Shown: one piece after another, positions 49,282 through 59,509 of the stretch
How positions within the stretch are numbered: the first letter of the stretch is position 1
Layout of the letters: each line of letters opens with the position of its first letter
NCBI GenBank assembly: GCA_020891255.1
Contig: BQFW01000007.1
Span: 992,001 to 1,056,000, forward strand
DNA from: Entomortierella parvispora E1425
Lineage: Eukaryota; Fungi; Mortierellomycota
Direction: 5' to 3'
Length of the DNA: 64,000 nucleotides
Position numbers and translations under genes: made by a program
The notes under the pieces: generated by a model
The model's database searches: none
Told to the model about the DNA's origin: nothing
Seen by the model: the letters and a program-made list of their open reading frames with translations, nothing else

Positions 49282-51181
49282 CTATTGCTGCTTGCACTCA
49301 GGGGCCTTCTCGTCCTTAGCGGGAACCTAAGATGAAGGGGGTAATGATACAATCAGCGTCAATCAAAAAGGTCTTTTTCCCTGCTAGTAAAACAGTCCGC
49401 GCAGCATTCAATCAACTTACACCCTCATCGTCATCATCCTCGTCATCATCCTCATCATCGTCCTCCTCATCATCCTCATCGTCGTACTCAAAGTCATCAT
49501 CGTACTGATCATCCTGGTCCTGGTATTGGAGAGCCTTGCCAGTGAACCAGTCGACAGCGCGGGGAATGATAGAGTCCTTGAGCTCCTCACCCAAACCATA
49601 GTCGGCCTCGAGCTTCTCGTCCAAATCCTCCTCCTCATCCAAATCCTCATCATCCTCATCCTCAGGGGCAACTGGAGGAGTGAAGAAGGAGAAGAAGGTC
49701 TCAGCGGGGACAGTCTTCTTGACCACACGGGTCTTGTTGGTACCCTTGTGGCGCTGCTTCTTAGTCTCGACAGTGACAGACATGTCCTTGCCCTCCTTCC
49801 ACTCAATCTTGGTACCCTCAGCGTGATCGTAAACAAAGTCACCGCCATAGCCGGGCTCATCCTGGTAGAAGTAGGTCTTTGTCAACAAGGAGTTGGTGAA
49901 GAACTCGTTGGGAGAGAACTCAAACTCGAGGCGGAAGCCGGGCTTGTCAAAGTAGGCCATGCGGATATCGACCAAGTGCTTCAAAGCCTCCTCATCCTTC
50001 TCGGTAATAATATCGGCGAACTGGGGGTGCGACTTCAAGGCGGTGAGCCAGAACTCGGGAATACCTATCATTGCAAGCATGTCCAAAATAGATTTCAGTC
50101 AGTTCATAATACATCTCCGCCACCATGGGTTAGTGCACTGTTTGACTGGCGCCATGAATCTTACCCTCAACCTTCTCGGCATCCTTGTCCTCGTCATCAT
50201 CCTCGTCCTCCTCATCCTCGTCCTCATCCTCGCTGACGCCCTCCTCGACCTCGGCATCGGTAGGCTCGGCCTTTCCGCTAATAAACTCGGCACGCTTCTG
50301 GTACAGAGGAGTGTAGAGAGCAAGGAACTTCTTCTCCAAGGCAAGGATCTCCTTCTGGAAATCAGCTTCCAAGACGGCGTGCTTGTGCTGGAGAGACTTC
50401 AAGCCCTTGACACGGCGACGAACATCGGCGGGGAGGGTCTGAACGTAACCAGAGGGGGCGCCGACCAAGTTGCCGAGACGTCCCTGCAACATGGACATCA
50501 ACTGAGGGTTGTTGGCCAACAATGAGGTTCCTATAAACGGAAGATACAAAATGAAACGGGGAGGAGTCAATCATTTGTCCTTACTTTGCAAAAGAAGCAA
50601 GAGGAAGGTTTTTTCTTGATTTGTTGGGGCATGGAAATAAAAAAGGGATGCGCAAGCAGAAACCAAACGAAAATAATCGCCATCTCTTCTAGACATGGTG
50701 CCTTTTTCAGTTTGTTCGTCCAGTATTTTCATCGAGAGCTGTTGTGATAGTCGAAAAAAAAGATAAAAAAAAAAAAAGAAACGAAAAGGGATCGTACCAG
50801 GGGTCTGAATGGTCTCGATATCCTCCTCGATGGCGGGAACAGAAGGGCGAACAGACGAGTTGATAGGAGCGTTGAAGATGGGGGTGTTCTGAGGCGTAGG
50901 TGCCTGCTGCTGCTGCTGCTTCTTCTTGATATCAACGTTGGCTATATAGAAGAGGAAGAAGGGAGGCGTCAATATACTGCGCCACGGCTACATATGACCG
51001 AACGGCAGATAAGGCTGCATTCCAGTGCAACGAGTGATGCACTCCGAGATTAGAGCATGATCACGTTGATCAAGCAGTGCAAACAAAAGGCTCGATGGTG
51101 GGAAGGGGGCACACCCCTGGGGGATGCTCAGCAAGAGCGGGTGCGTGCATGGGGCCTGTTCTTACCTGACGAGGAGTCCAT
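49282..51181 (-). CDS. NAP1: Nucleosome assembly protein 1
   Basis: RRRVKGLKSLQ, PLYQKRAEFISG, GIPEFWLTAL, FSPNEFFTN, SFFTPP and IIPRAVDWFTG, acidic tail, C-terminal PECKQQ. Confidence 0.95.
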
Positions 51182-51407
51182 TGTGGTGTGTGTGTGGTGT
51201 GTGTGGGATGGATGATGTGGAGTGGGGTCGAATGCAAAACGAAGAAAAAGAGAAAAAAATCCCACAAAGGAGCAGAGCGCAGACCCTTAATGCACTCAAA
51301 AGGATTTCACGCAGTCACTGTACCCTGCTCGCTCATGGGAGAGTAAACAAAAATTTACATGCGTTTTTATTGAATGATATGCTTGAGTGGTTAATGGGAA
51401 CAATGGT

Positions 51408-52770
51408 TTACTTCAAGGTAACCAACTTGACCTCGAAAACGAGGGTGGCGTTGCGGGGAATATCTGGGGGAGCTCCCTGGGCACCGTAACTATTAAAAAA
51501 TACAGCAAACAAAGAAAACAGCCAGTCAGTATTGAGAACTCAACAAAGAGGAATCGAGAATAAAATACCAGAAGGACGGGAATACTTACGCGAGAGCTGG
51601 GGGAATGGTCAACTTGCGCTCACCACCCAACATCATGCCTTGGATTCCGAGATCCCATCCCTTGATGACCTCACCGCGTCCCAAGTTGAAGTTGAAGGGC
51701 TTTCCGCTGGTGTTCTTGTCAAAGACCTTGCCGTTGGTCAAGCGACCAATGTAACGCATACCGATCTTCTTGCCAGACTTGGCAGGAGCACCGGTTCCAA
51801 CCTTGACATCCTCAATGATCAAGCCGTTAGCGAGGACCTTCTTGTTGTCCTTCTTGGGCTCCTCCTTCTTGACCTCCTTCTTGGGCTCCTCCTTCTTGGG
51901 GGCCTCCTTCTTGGGGGCCTCCTTCTTGGGGGCCTCCTTCTTGGGGGCCTCCTTCTTGGGGGCCTCCTTCTTAGGGGCCTCCTTCTTGGTCTCCTCGACC
52001 TTCTGCTTCTTCTCAGGAACAGAAGCCTTCTCAGCCTGGGCAACACGCTTGGCACCCTTGGTGACGATCACGGCCTCCTCCTTATCCTCCTCCTCCTCCT
52101 CCTCATCCTCCTCCTCCTCATCGGAAACATCCTCATCGAAGTCCTCACCATCCTCATCATCGTACTCATCGCTATCAAAGTCCATATCCTGGTCTTCGGG
52201 AAGGTAGTTTCCAGAGAGGTGGACAACGCTATTGAAAAAGCAAAGGAAAGTGGGAGTTAGATCAACTGATGCATCTGCAACACGGTTTTCAAGTTACACA
52301 CAACCTTGAGCGCTTTTTTACCTGGCTCCAGAGACGGAGAAGGTGATCTCCTCACCCTCGGTGAAAACCAGGTCCAAGTTCTGCTGCTCGACCTTTCCAG
52401 CGGTCAAGGAGCACAAAACGAAGGTCTTGTTATCGACGGTGACACGAACAGAGGAGCGACCGGGCTTGGTGGTCTCGTCCAAAGCAGCCTATTCAAATAG
52501 TAGTTGAAGGATAAAACTGATCAGTTAGAACAGACTATTTCATATCGCAGCCAATTGATCTACAACACAAACAAGGAAAAGAGAAGGCGTACCATCGACA
52601 ACTTGAAAGAGTTCTCGACGGTGGAGGTGTAGGTCTTCTCAGGGTGGAGGGTCAAGCCTATAAAGGAATAAAGTGGAGAGGGGGCATGAGTACTCAGTGT
52701 TTGTTTACGATGACATGGGAGCAGTGAATGACTCCAGAGGAGGAATGAGCATACCCCAGAAACTAAGCAT
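51408..52770 (-). CDS. Nucleolar FKBP-type PPIase/histone chaperone (nucleoplasmin-like + acidic + FKBP; Fpr3/Fpr4/Fkbp39 type)
   Basis: MLSFWG, FVLCSL and VHLSGNY (NPL domain), acidic tract, FKBP motifs [27 protein letters not shown] and LVFEVKL. Confidence 0.92.
51850..51988 (-). repeat. 15-bp coding tandem repeat (EAPKK x6 plus variants) in the FKBP linker
   Basis: ttgggggcctccttc repeated on the plus strand. Confidence 0.9.
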
Positions 52771-53101
52771 GATGTTGGAGTAAGGTGGGTGGAAGGGGTG
52801 AAGTGAAAGAGGAAGAAGAAAAAGGGAAACACACGTATGTTTGTATGGCAACAATACCAGCTCGCAGGCCGGCCAAAGCTGCCCAGAGAGAAGAAAAAAA
52901 AAAAAAAAAAAAAAAACCAAGCCACCATTCTGACAACAACAAATCCACCTCGCGCCTCCCCTCTGCTGAGCACTTATCTCACTCCACTCTTCCACTACAT
53001 ACCTCCACACCCAACGCAACAGCTTCGACTCATAGCCATCTCTACTCTCCCTCATCATACACGACTCCACACCGCTGCTTCTTGCTAGCCACCCTTCCTT
53101 C

Positions 53102-53965
53102 ATGAAATCTGGAAGCAAGCACTGCCCATTGTGCGATTGCACCCTCGGCAAATACGCAGTCTCTTTCTGCACAAAGATTGAAATGTGTCCCAATGAAGAG
53201 GTAATCTCGATGTTCTGTATGAAGGTCAATGTCCTGTTTCTTTTGCAGCAAGCTTGATGCTGACCTGTCTTTCTTTTTGTTTTGTAGTGTCTTTATCCAT
53301 TTGACCAAAAAGACATGTTCAAGTCCAGTGTATTTGAAGATCGCTCCCTGAACTCGGATGGTACCCCCCGAAAGCGGCACCGCACTGCCCCCTTGGGCGA
53401 GGCTACCAATATGACCAAATCACTGACGACTGAGACGTCGGTCCCAAGCTCCAGCTCACCAATGCCCTCAAAAGTCAAGGCCCGAAAGGACAAATTCCCA
53501 CTGCCCAAGCCCAAACGTAGCAAAGAATCCGCTGTGGCCGATAAGAGCGAACCTCTACCAACTTTGGCTCCTCCCTCGACTCCAACTTCCACCCCGACGG
53601 CCTCGGGTTCACCAGCAGCCTCGACCGAATCCCTATTGGAGCTTCTCTTCAGTGATACCCCGGCAGCGTCAAAAGAGAACTTCTCGGACATCCAAGCAAT
53701 CTCGGAAGCAAATAGTCCACTTTCCTCAGACGACCTCTTGCCGGATCTCACGTTCGATTTCATGCCCTCAGTTTCTTGGACCACACCTGTTACGCCACCA
53801 AATCAACGGAGCTCTCCTCTCAAGAAAGGAGCCGATATTTCGACTTCCAACCTCGAAAACTTGCTTTTTGACGACCAGTTTGAAGTCGACTTTGGCAACC
53901 TTGAGGGCTTCAATCACCTGGAGTTTGACGCCGACCTGGAGGCTATTCTCCAACAGCACCTATGA
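53102..53965 (+). CDS. 258-aa protein: N-terminal C4 zinc finger (USPL1-N/DUF4650-like), disordered middle, acidic C-terminus; 2 exons
   Basis: Exon 1 53102-53200 and exon 2 53288-53965 join in frame as CPLCDCTLGKYAVSFCTKIEMCPNEE|CLYPF. Basic NLS-like PRKRHR; acidic/aromatic tail. Confidence 0.8.
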
Positions 53966-55216
53966 GGCGCCATGCTTTTTATATTTCCATTTGCACCATC
54001 ATTAGCCGTTCAGCTTGCAAGGGAAACGCACAACTGTACATACCTGGATCCAGTTACTTTCAACACGACGCGACAATTCTCAACTTTCTAGAGTTTACGG
54101 CGCTCATTCTGGCTCAGTATACCATCTTGCAGGCGCCTCTGTATTTTATTTCACATCATGTATTCTACAACATCCATTATCAACCTTTTCGCATCAGCAT
54201 CCTCGGGATATTTTTTCTATTCGCCATTAACTTGGACATTGAAAGAATAAAACCGAGGCCAATTTTTTTCCTTATAGGCACCCACAGGTGATCATGGACA
54301 CTGGACCGGATCCTGGATTCCATGCGATATGAAAAGATGGACATACTTCCAAAGAATACCCTACACTGATTGTCCGGAGGGCTGGTACGACTGTAAGTGT
54401 TACCAACGGTTGAAATTTGGCATCAAGAAAAGTCATGATTGATTGCAATATTTCTTCCCTGTCCCCCACATTGTCTCATGTCCAAAGTGCAACACTCTCT
54501 CATCCTTTTGATCAAGGGTGAGTGTATGCCAAGAGCAGATAAGGCCTACATCTTCCATTGATCTAATGGTTGGAGGTAGGAAAGATTATGGCTTGTCCAC
54601 ATATTGGTTTGATGTTTCTTCTTCAAATGACTTGTTTGATGGCGAACAGCAGCACAAAAAAAAATCTACAGAATGTGAGGGGAGATGAAAGATTATCTGC
54701 GTGAGGTACCATGTACCTATTGCACATCTTCGTCTGGACAATAAATGAACTGCGACTGCTCAACGCCAAGGAGTGGGTGCTGGTTTCCCTCTCCCTGACG
54801 TTGAACTTAAGTCCACATTCCCTTCTCTTTACAAGTCATTTTTGATATCCGATTTGGACACTGGGGGAATCAGCGCCACTTTGTCTTGAACGCAACGGTC
54901 CAGCAGAGAACATTCATAACAACAATAGTGTCAGAGTGTCGCACGGTGCGCCTAATGAAAAGGATGCGAGCACGCGCTGGAGGTGCTCGTTCTTCCTTCC
55001 TTTCCTCATCTCTCTGACTCTTGCCCATCCATTCTTCCGGTTACCCCGGCATTCCCCTTTCTGTCTTCAACTCAAACCGTCCTCTTGCTCTCAACGCGAC
55101 CTGACAAGTCTCTTTGCTGGACTGAGCCTACTTTCGGTCCCTTATCTCGCTATCTCTCCACCCTTCTCCCACACACATCCCATTTCATCGGAACACATTC
55201 CTTCCTTCTCCACAAA

Positions 55217-57011
55217 ATGACACGCGTCAATCTTGATGGTCTCCAGTCGTTCTACGCATTAAGCAATGCGCGCCAGATTCCTCTCCTTGGACTAGGCGTC
55301 TACCTCATCGAACCCGGAAAAGCAACCGAGGACGCCATTCTCTGGGCTCTTCAGGCACGAACCATGGCCTCTGCTGCATATTCCCGCCCAAAACGAAAAA
55401 AAAAAAAAAAAAAACATTCATTGACCAACCTATCCATATCCTTCTCCACACGCACAGGCGGGCTATCGTCATATTGATACAGCATCTGGCTATCGCAACG
55501 AGGCCAGTGTCGGGAATGCCATTCGCAAGAGGTAGCAGACCCTTTCATCTCAACATAGTCCTCTCAGTCAGTCTCTTTCGTGTTCCTCTTTACCCTCACG
55601 TCCTGTCATTCAACCGTGAACCGCCACCTCAATTGTTTTATATACGTTCTGTCGAATTTCATCCTGATAGTGGCATTCCTCGAGACCAAATCTTTGTGAC
55701 AACCAAAGTCAAAGATTCTGACCAGGGCTTTGAATCAACTCTGGCAGCGTGTGAATTATCATTGGAGAAACTGGGGCTTGACTATGTCGGTAAGCTCTCC
55801 GCTACAATCACAAAGAGCAACGGAGCGTCTTCGTTCGTCAACTGCATCTCATGGGGGCCTTTTTTTTGATAAGAGAGATAGGCCAGCAGCTGTGAAGGAG
55901 CAAGCGAGACATGGTCTTCAGAAGAGGGTATTGTGAGGGGTGAGGCTTTCGTGACTGAACTCAACTCCACCGGGATTGGGTTCCTTATGACAGATGACCA
56001 CGATCTGAACCTTCTGTCTCCGATTTTTGCATTCGAGGATAGACCTGTATCTGATCCACTCGCCCAACCCAGGACCAGAACGTCGCACCGAGACCTGGAA
56101 TGCAATGCAAAAACTTGTTGCACTTGGGAAGGTCAAAAGTATTGGTGAGTCTCTTCTTATTTTTCTGACTTGTGTCCCCTTTGTAGTGCTTGTGCACTGA
56201 TGACCACCCAATCTCCACAACGTCGAAAACAACAAAAATAGGTGTTTCGAATTATGGCATTCATCACCTGAAAGAACTTTTGGGATCCAATCCAACCATT
56301 AGGCCAGTTGTGAACCAAGTAGAGGCAAGTCCCCAAGTGCTTTCCCCTTTATCTCCGATTTCTGTGCACGGTTCTCTTGCATCCCCTCCCATGATCTTCT
56401 GTTGTCATGCTAACTGACTAGTTCTCTATCATTCTTGATCACCACCACCACCGGAATGGATGCCAACAACGACCTTATGGAACTGTGACAACCTTGTTTT
56501 TATCTTCATGACGTCTCGATGATGTGCTAATGACGCCCTCCTTGCGCTCAATGCGGAGGATAAATAGGTTCACCCCTGGCTGACGCGAACGGAGATTGTT
56601 GCCTTTTGTGAATCCCAACATATCGCAATCCAGGCTTACAGCCCCTTGACCCATGGTCACAAGTTGCAAGACCCTATGCTGGCCAAGATTGCAGCCAAAT
56701 ACTCAAAGTCACCGGCGCAAATCCTCATTCGATGGAGTCTTCAGAAAGGATATATTGTCTTGCCAAAGAGTGCGAACAAAGGCCGGATCGAACAGAATGC
56801 AGACGTTTTTGACTTTGACCTCGCAGATGGAGATATCAGTGTTTTGGACTCTTTCAATGAAGGATATGCAACTGGTAAGCTGTCTCTGCTTTGTCTCCTG
56901 GGACGAAGAAAGGGCAGCCTGCTGCGCTAGCAGCGCTTTGGAGAACAACTCAAAGCTCACCCTTATTTCATCTTGACTTGACTAGGTTGGGATCCTACCG
57001 TGGCGCCATAA
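55217..57011 (+). CDS. Aldo-keto reductase (AKR1/5-like), 7 exons, two GC-AG introns
   Basis: [37 protein letters not shown]|VHPW, IQAYSPL, QILIRW and VLPKS. Confidence 0.92.
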
Positions 57012-57716
57012 TAATGCCAACGGTCTTACTTGGACGACAAATGGCTCAATCGTTGTATGCGAGCATCGCCTTATAAACGCCACTGTTTTTTCTCTTTTTT
57101 TCATCCCTCGCCATTTCATATATGAGGATACCCTCTTGAAGAGCACCTAGATGCTAGCGCTCACCATCCCTCCAAGGGACATTCTCTTTCGCTGTTTGCT
57201 TTTGTAGGTTACAACAACATTAGCCATAGGCTGATCGAGGGGTCACAGAAAAAAAAAGATCAAATGTACATGTTGCGTTTATGGGAAGACGAAAAAGAGA
57301 TATGCGAAATGTAAGCACAAGAGGATAGGTGAAAGGGATTCGGAAAGTGGATTGGAAGAAAACTATAGAGATTATATGAAAGAGGCGGTTTGGAAAGAGA
57401 CGGCGAAGATAGTGGGGAAAAGAAACGGGACTTTGTCCGATCGGGTTGATAGGAGGGCACCAACGATAGGGTTGAAGCGGACACTGCACCATTTATCAAT
57501 GCTGCCCAAGGTTGTCCATTGCAACTCCAGTTGGAGGCCTGTTCCCAAGTTCCTTGCTTTCTTCCTGCAGCTTTCTCCCAGGTGGCCTTTGGCTTCGGAT
57601 ATTATAAATCGTTCTCTTTAGGTCCTTCTCTCCTGCTATACCCAATCCGTATTTTTCTTTTTTTTTGGTTTTTTTGCTGTTAGCTTTGTTGACTGAGGAG
57701 GGATGGTTCCCATGCC

Positions 57717-57890
57717 TTAGACTCCGAGCATGTCACCGAGGCTGCGAAGGAAGGTAACAGCAAGACCAAAGACGGTGACAGAGATGGCAATGCTGGTGTT
57801 GCCGGCACGCTTTTCGGGAGCAGTGATTTCCGAGCGGATGAAGTTGGTGATGGCGTTGCCGCTGCTCTTGGACTGAATCTTCTTGACCAT
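57717..57890 (-). CDS. TOM6: 57-aa tail-anchored protein, probable Tom6 subunit of the TOM complex
   Basis: MVKKIQ...SIAISVTVFGLAVTFLRSLGDML resembles the recalled fungal Tom6 C-terminus (F..AVAFL.S..GEML); codon usage matches highly expressed genes. Confidence 0.6.
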   Translation of the reverse strand: MVKKIQSKSSGNAITNFIRSEITAPEKRAGNTSIAISVTVFGLAVTFLRSLGDMLGV

Positions 57891-57979
57891 GGCGGAAATT
57901 ATACAGGTGGTGATCGGAGGTGAGGTGGAGATGGATTGTAGACCCGATCTGCACAACAACCAAGTCGAGTTTGTGATCC

Positions 57980-57997
57980 CACGTGACGTCATGTGAC
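57980..57997. promoter_or_regulatory. Overlapping E-box (CACGTG) and CRE (TGACGTCA) upstream of the Tom6-like gene
   Basis: cacgtgacgtcatgtgac lies ~90 bp upstream of the ATG at 57890. Confidence 0.35.
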
Positions 57998-58678
57998 TCG
58001 GTCCTTTTTTTTTTTTTTTTTTTTTTTGAGTGAGGTCCATGATGCCCGGCTTCGCGAGGATGTACGGATATACGCACGACGTCAATGGCAATGAAGGCAA
58101 ATAGCCGAAGCAAACGCCGATCATGTCACATATTGGGTGATAGCAACTGTGGTCCACATCTTTATCTAGGCAACCCAAGCAACAATTGTTGCAATACCAA
58201 CGTGCCTCGCGACTCGGAATGCTCCTGTTTCTCAGGTGCTTTCCTTGGACGCAGAGATGGCGAATACGTGAAGGTTTCTAAAGAACAAGAAGCACCTTTC
58301 CCTTGTGCCCATTCTTTATTCGCACTGCGGTTCTACCACTATGACGTGCACAGGAGGAGACCAATGAAGTTGAAAACTCTCCCTCACAAAATCCAAACCA
58401 ATCATTTACCTCTCGTGGAGATCAATTGGAGGCAAAACAGGCCTGGTCCATCGTCAACGACAAACAATGCAGGTCCTCAGATTCTCAGAATGGCAAAGAT
58501 TTTTTTTTTCAATTGCAAATTTTATTCAAATAATAATCTCTCTATGACATTTCCATTGATGTTGACAACAAGTGGATCAAATCTAAACACCAAAAGATGC
58601 AAAAGAACCGTTAGGAAAAAATGAATCATTTGTTTGTTGATGGCGAAAAGATATCCCTCTCGGAGCTGTTCGAGTTGC

Positions 58679-58766
58679 AATGTCAGAAGTAATTTATAAG
58701 GTAGCTGTGTTTTTGTCGTCAGAGTGCAGAATGCACTACAGCCAAATGCCAGAATCATCATTTAAG
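58679..58766 (-). ncRNA. snR13: Box C/D snoRNA, snR13-like, copy in intron 2
   Basis: C box AUGAUGA 58761-58755; guide GGCAUUUGGCU; C'-like UGACGA; second antisense tract AGCUACCUUA; D box CUGA 58686-58683; 11-bp external stem 58778-58768 / 58679-58669. Confidence 0.85.
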
Positions 58767-58990
58767 ATGCAACTCGAAAGGGGCTCCAAGAGTCATCGAG
58801 AACCAAGAGACTACATACCATAGAGAGACTATACAAAAGCGACTTGCGGGTATCGATTGGGAGAGAAAAGGAGCTATCGTTACACTGCAAGTCAAAAATA
58901 AAAAACGCAGAGTTAATATTTAGCCTTGAAGTTGCGTTGAGGGTCAAAAAGTTGGAGGGTACTCTCTTCATTTTTGAGATTCAAATGATA

Positions 58991-59078
58991 ATTGTCAGAA
59001 GTAATTTATAAGGTAGCTGTGTTTTTGTCGTCAGAGTGCAGAATGCACTACAGCCAAATGCCAGAATCATCATTAAAG
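58991..59078 (-). ncRNA. snR13: Box C/D snoRNA, snR13-like, copy in intron 1
   Basis: 82 bp identical to the other copy (58993-59074 vs 58681-58762). External stem of different sequence at 59093-59083 / 58986-58976. Confidence 0.85.
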
Positions 59079-59160
59079 AATGATTTGAATCTCCAAAGGG
59101 AGGGAAGGAGGGTTGCTCAAAAATGATGCAGGAGAAGAATTACATACCATTTTTTCCGTC

Positions 59161-59220
59161 GGTTCTCGAGAGAATCGATCACAACTAGCCAGAACTGAGT
59201 TGTGATCGTCCTCGAGAACC
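59161..59220. repeat. 60-nt near-perfect inverted repeat (hairpin)
   Basis: ggttctcgag/ctcgagaacc (10 bp) plus cgatcacaact/agttgtgatcg (11 bp), with an 11-nt loop. Confidence 0.9.
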
Positions 59221-59509
59221 AGGCGTACTAGACGCGTTGGATAGGGAGGAGGAAGGATGGAGAGGGGGAGAAGGGAAGTGGTAAGGGTAAGGAAAGAAGA
59301 GAAAAGCATGGGTAAAAATTTTCGTGCCTTTATAAGAGTGTGGAGGACTTTGAATCATCACAAACAGAGCCAAGCCACAGCCTCGGGGTTTGGTGGCGTT
59401 TTTGTGGACCTGTTTGAGGAACGCGTGTTGAAACAAACAACCAGACTCAACCCAAGTGTTCGTCTACACTTTCAGTCTACCACCAACCCAAGCATCCATC
59501 ACTCCAGGA

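Larger units (their letters stand above)
58500..59300 (-). ncRNA. Spliced non-coding snoRNA host gene (3 exons, 2 introns)
   Basis: TATAAA 59334-59329; intron 1 59147-58885 (GTATGT...TTGCAG); 66-nt exon; intron 2 58818-58583 (GTATGT...CTAAC...TTTAG); AATAAA 58526-58521. The spliced product contains only a 24-codon ORF. Ends are approximate. Confidence 0.72.

Noticed and set aside
57260-57600. Trp-periodic minus-strand frame (ATWEKAAG...TWEQASNW)
   Set aside because: An in-frame stop lies immediately upstream and there is no credible acceptor or start.
58681-59074. 82-bp direct repeat considered as CRISPR-like or as an LTR
   Set aside because: Only two copies, too long for CRISPR, no TG...CA ends or internal retroelement; fully explained as duplicated snoRNAs.
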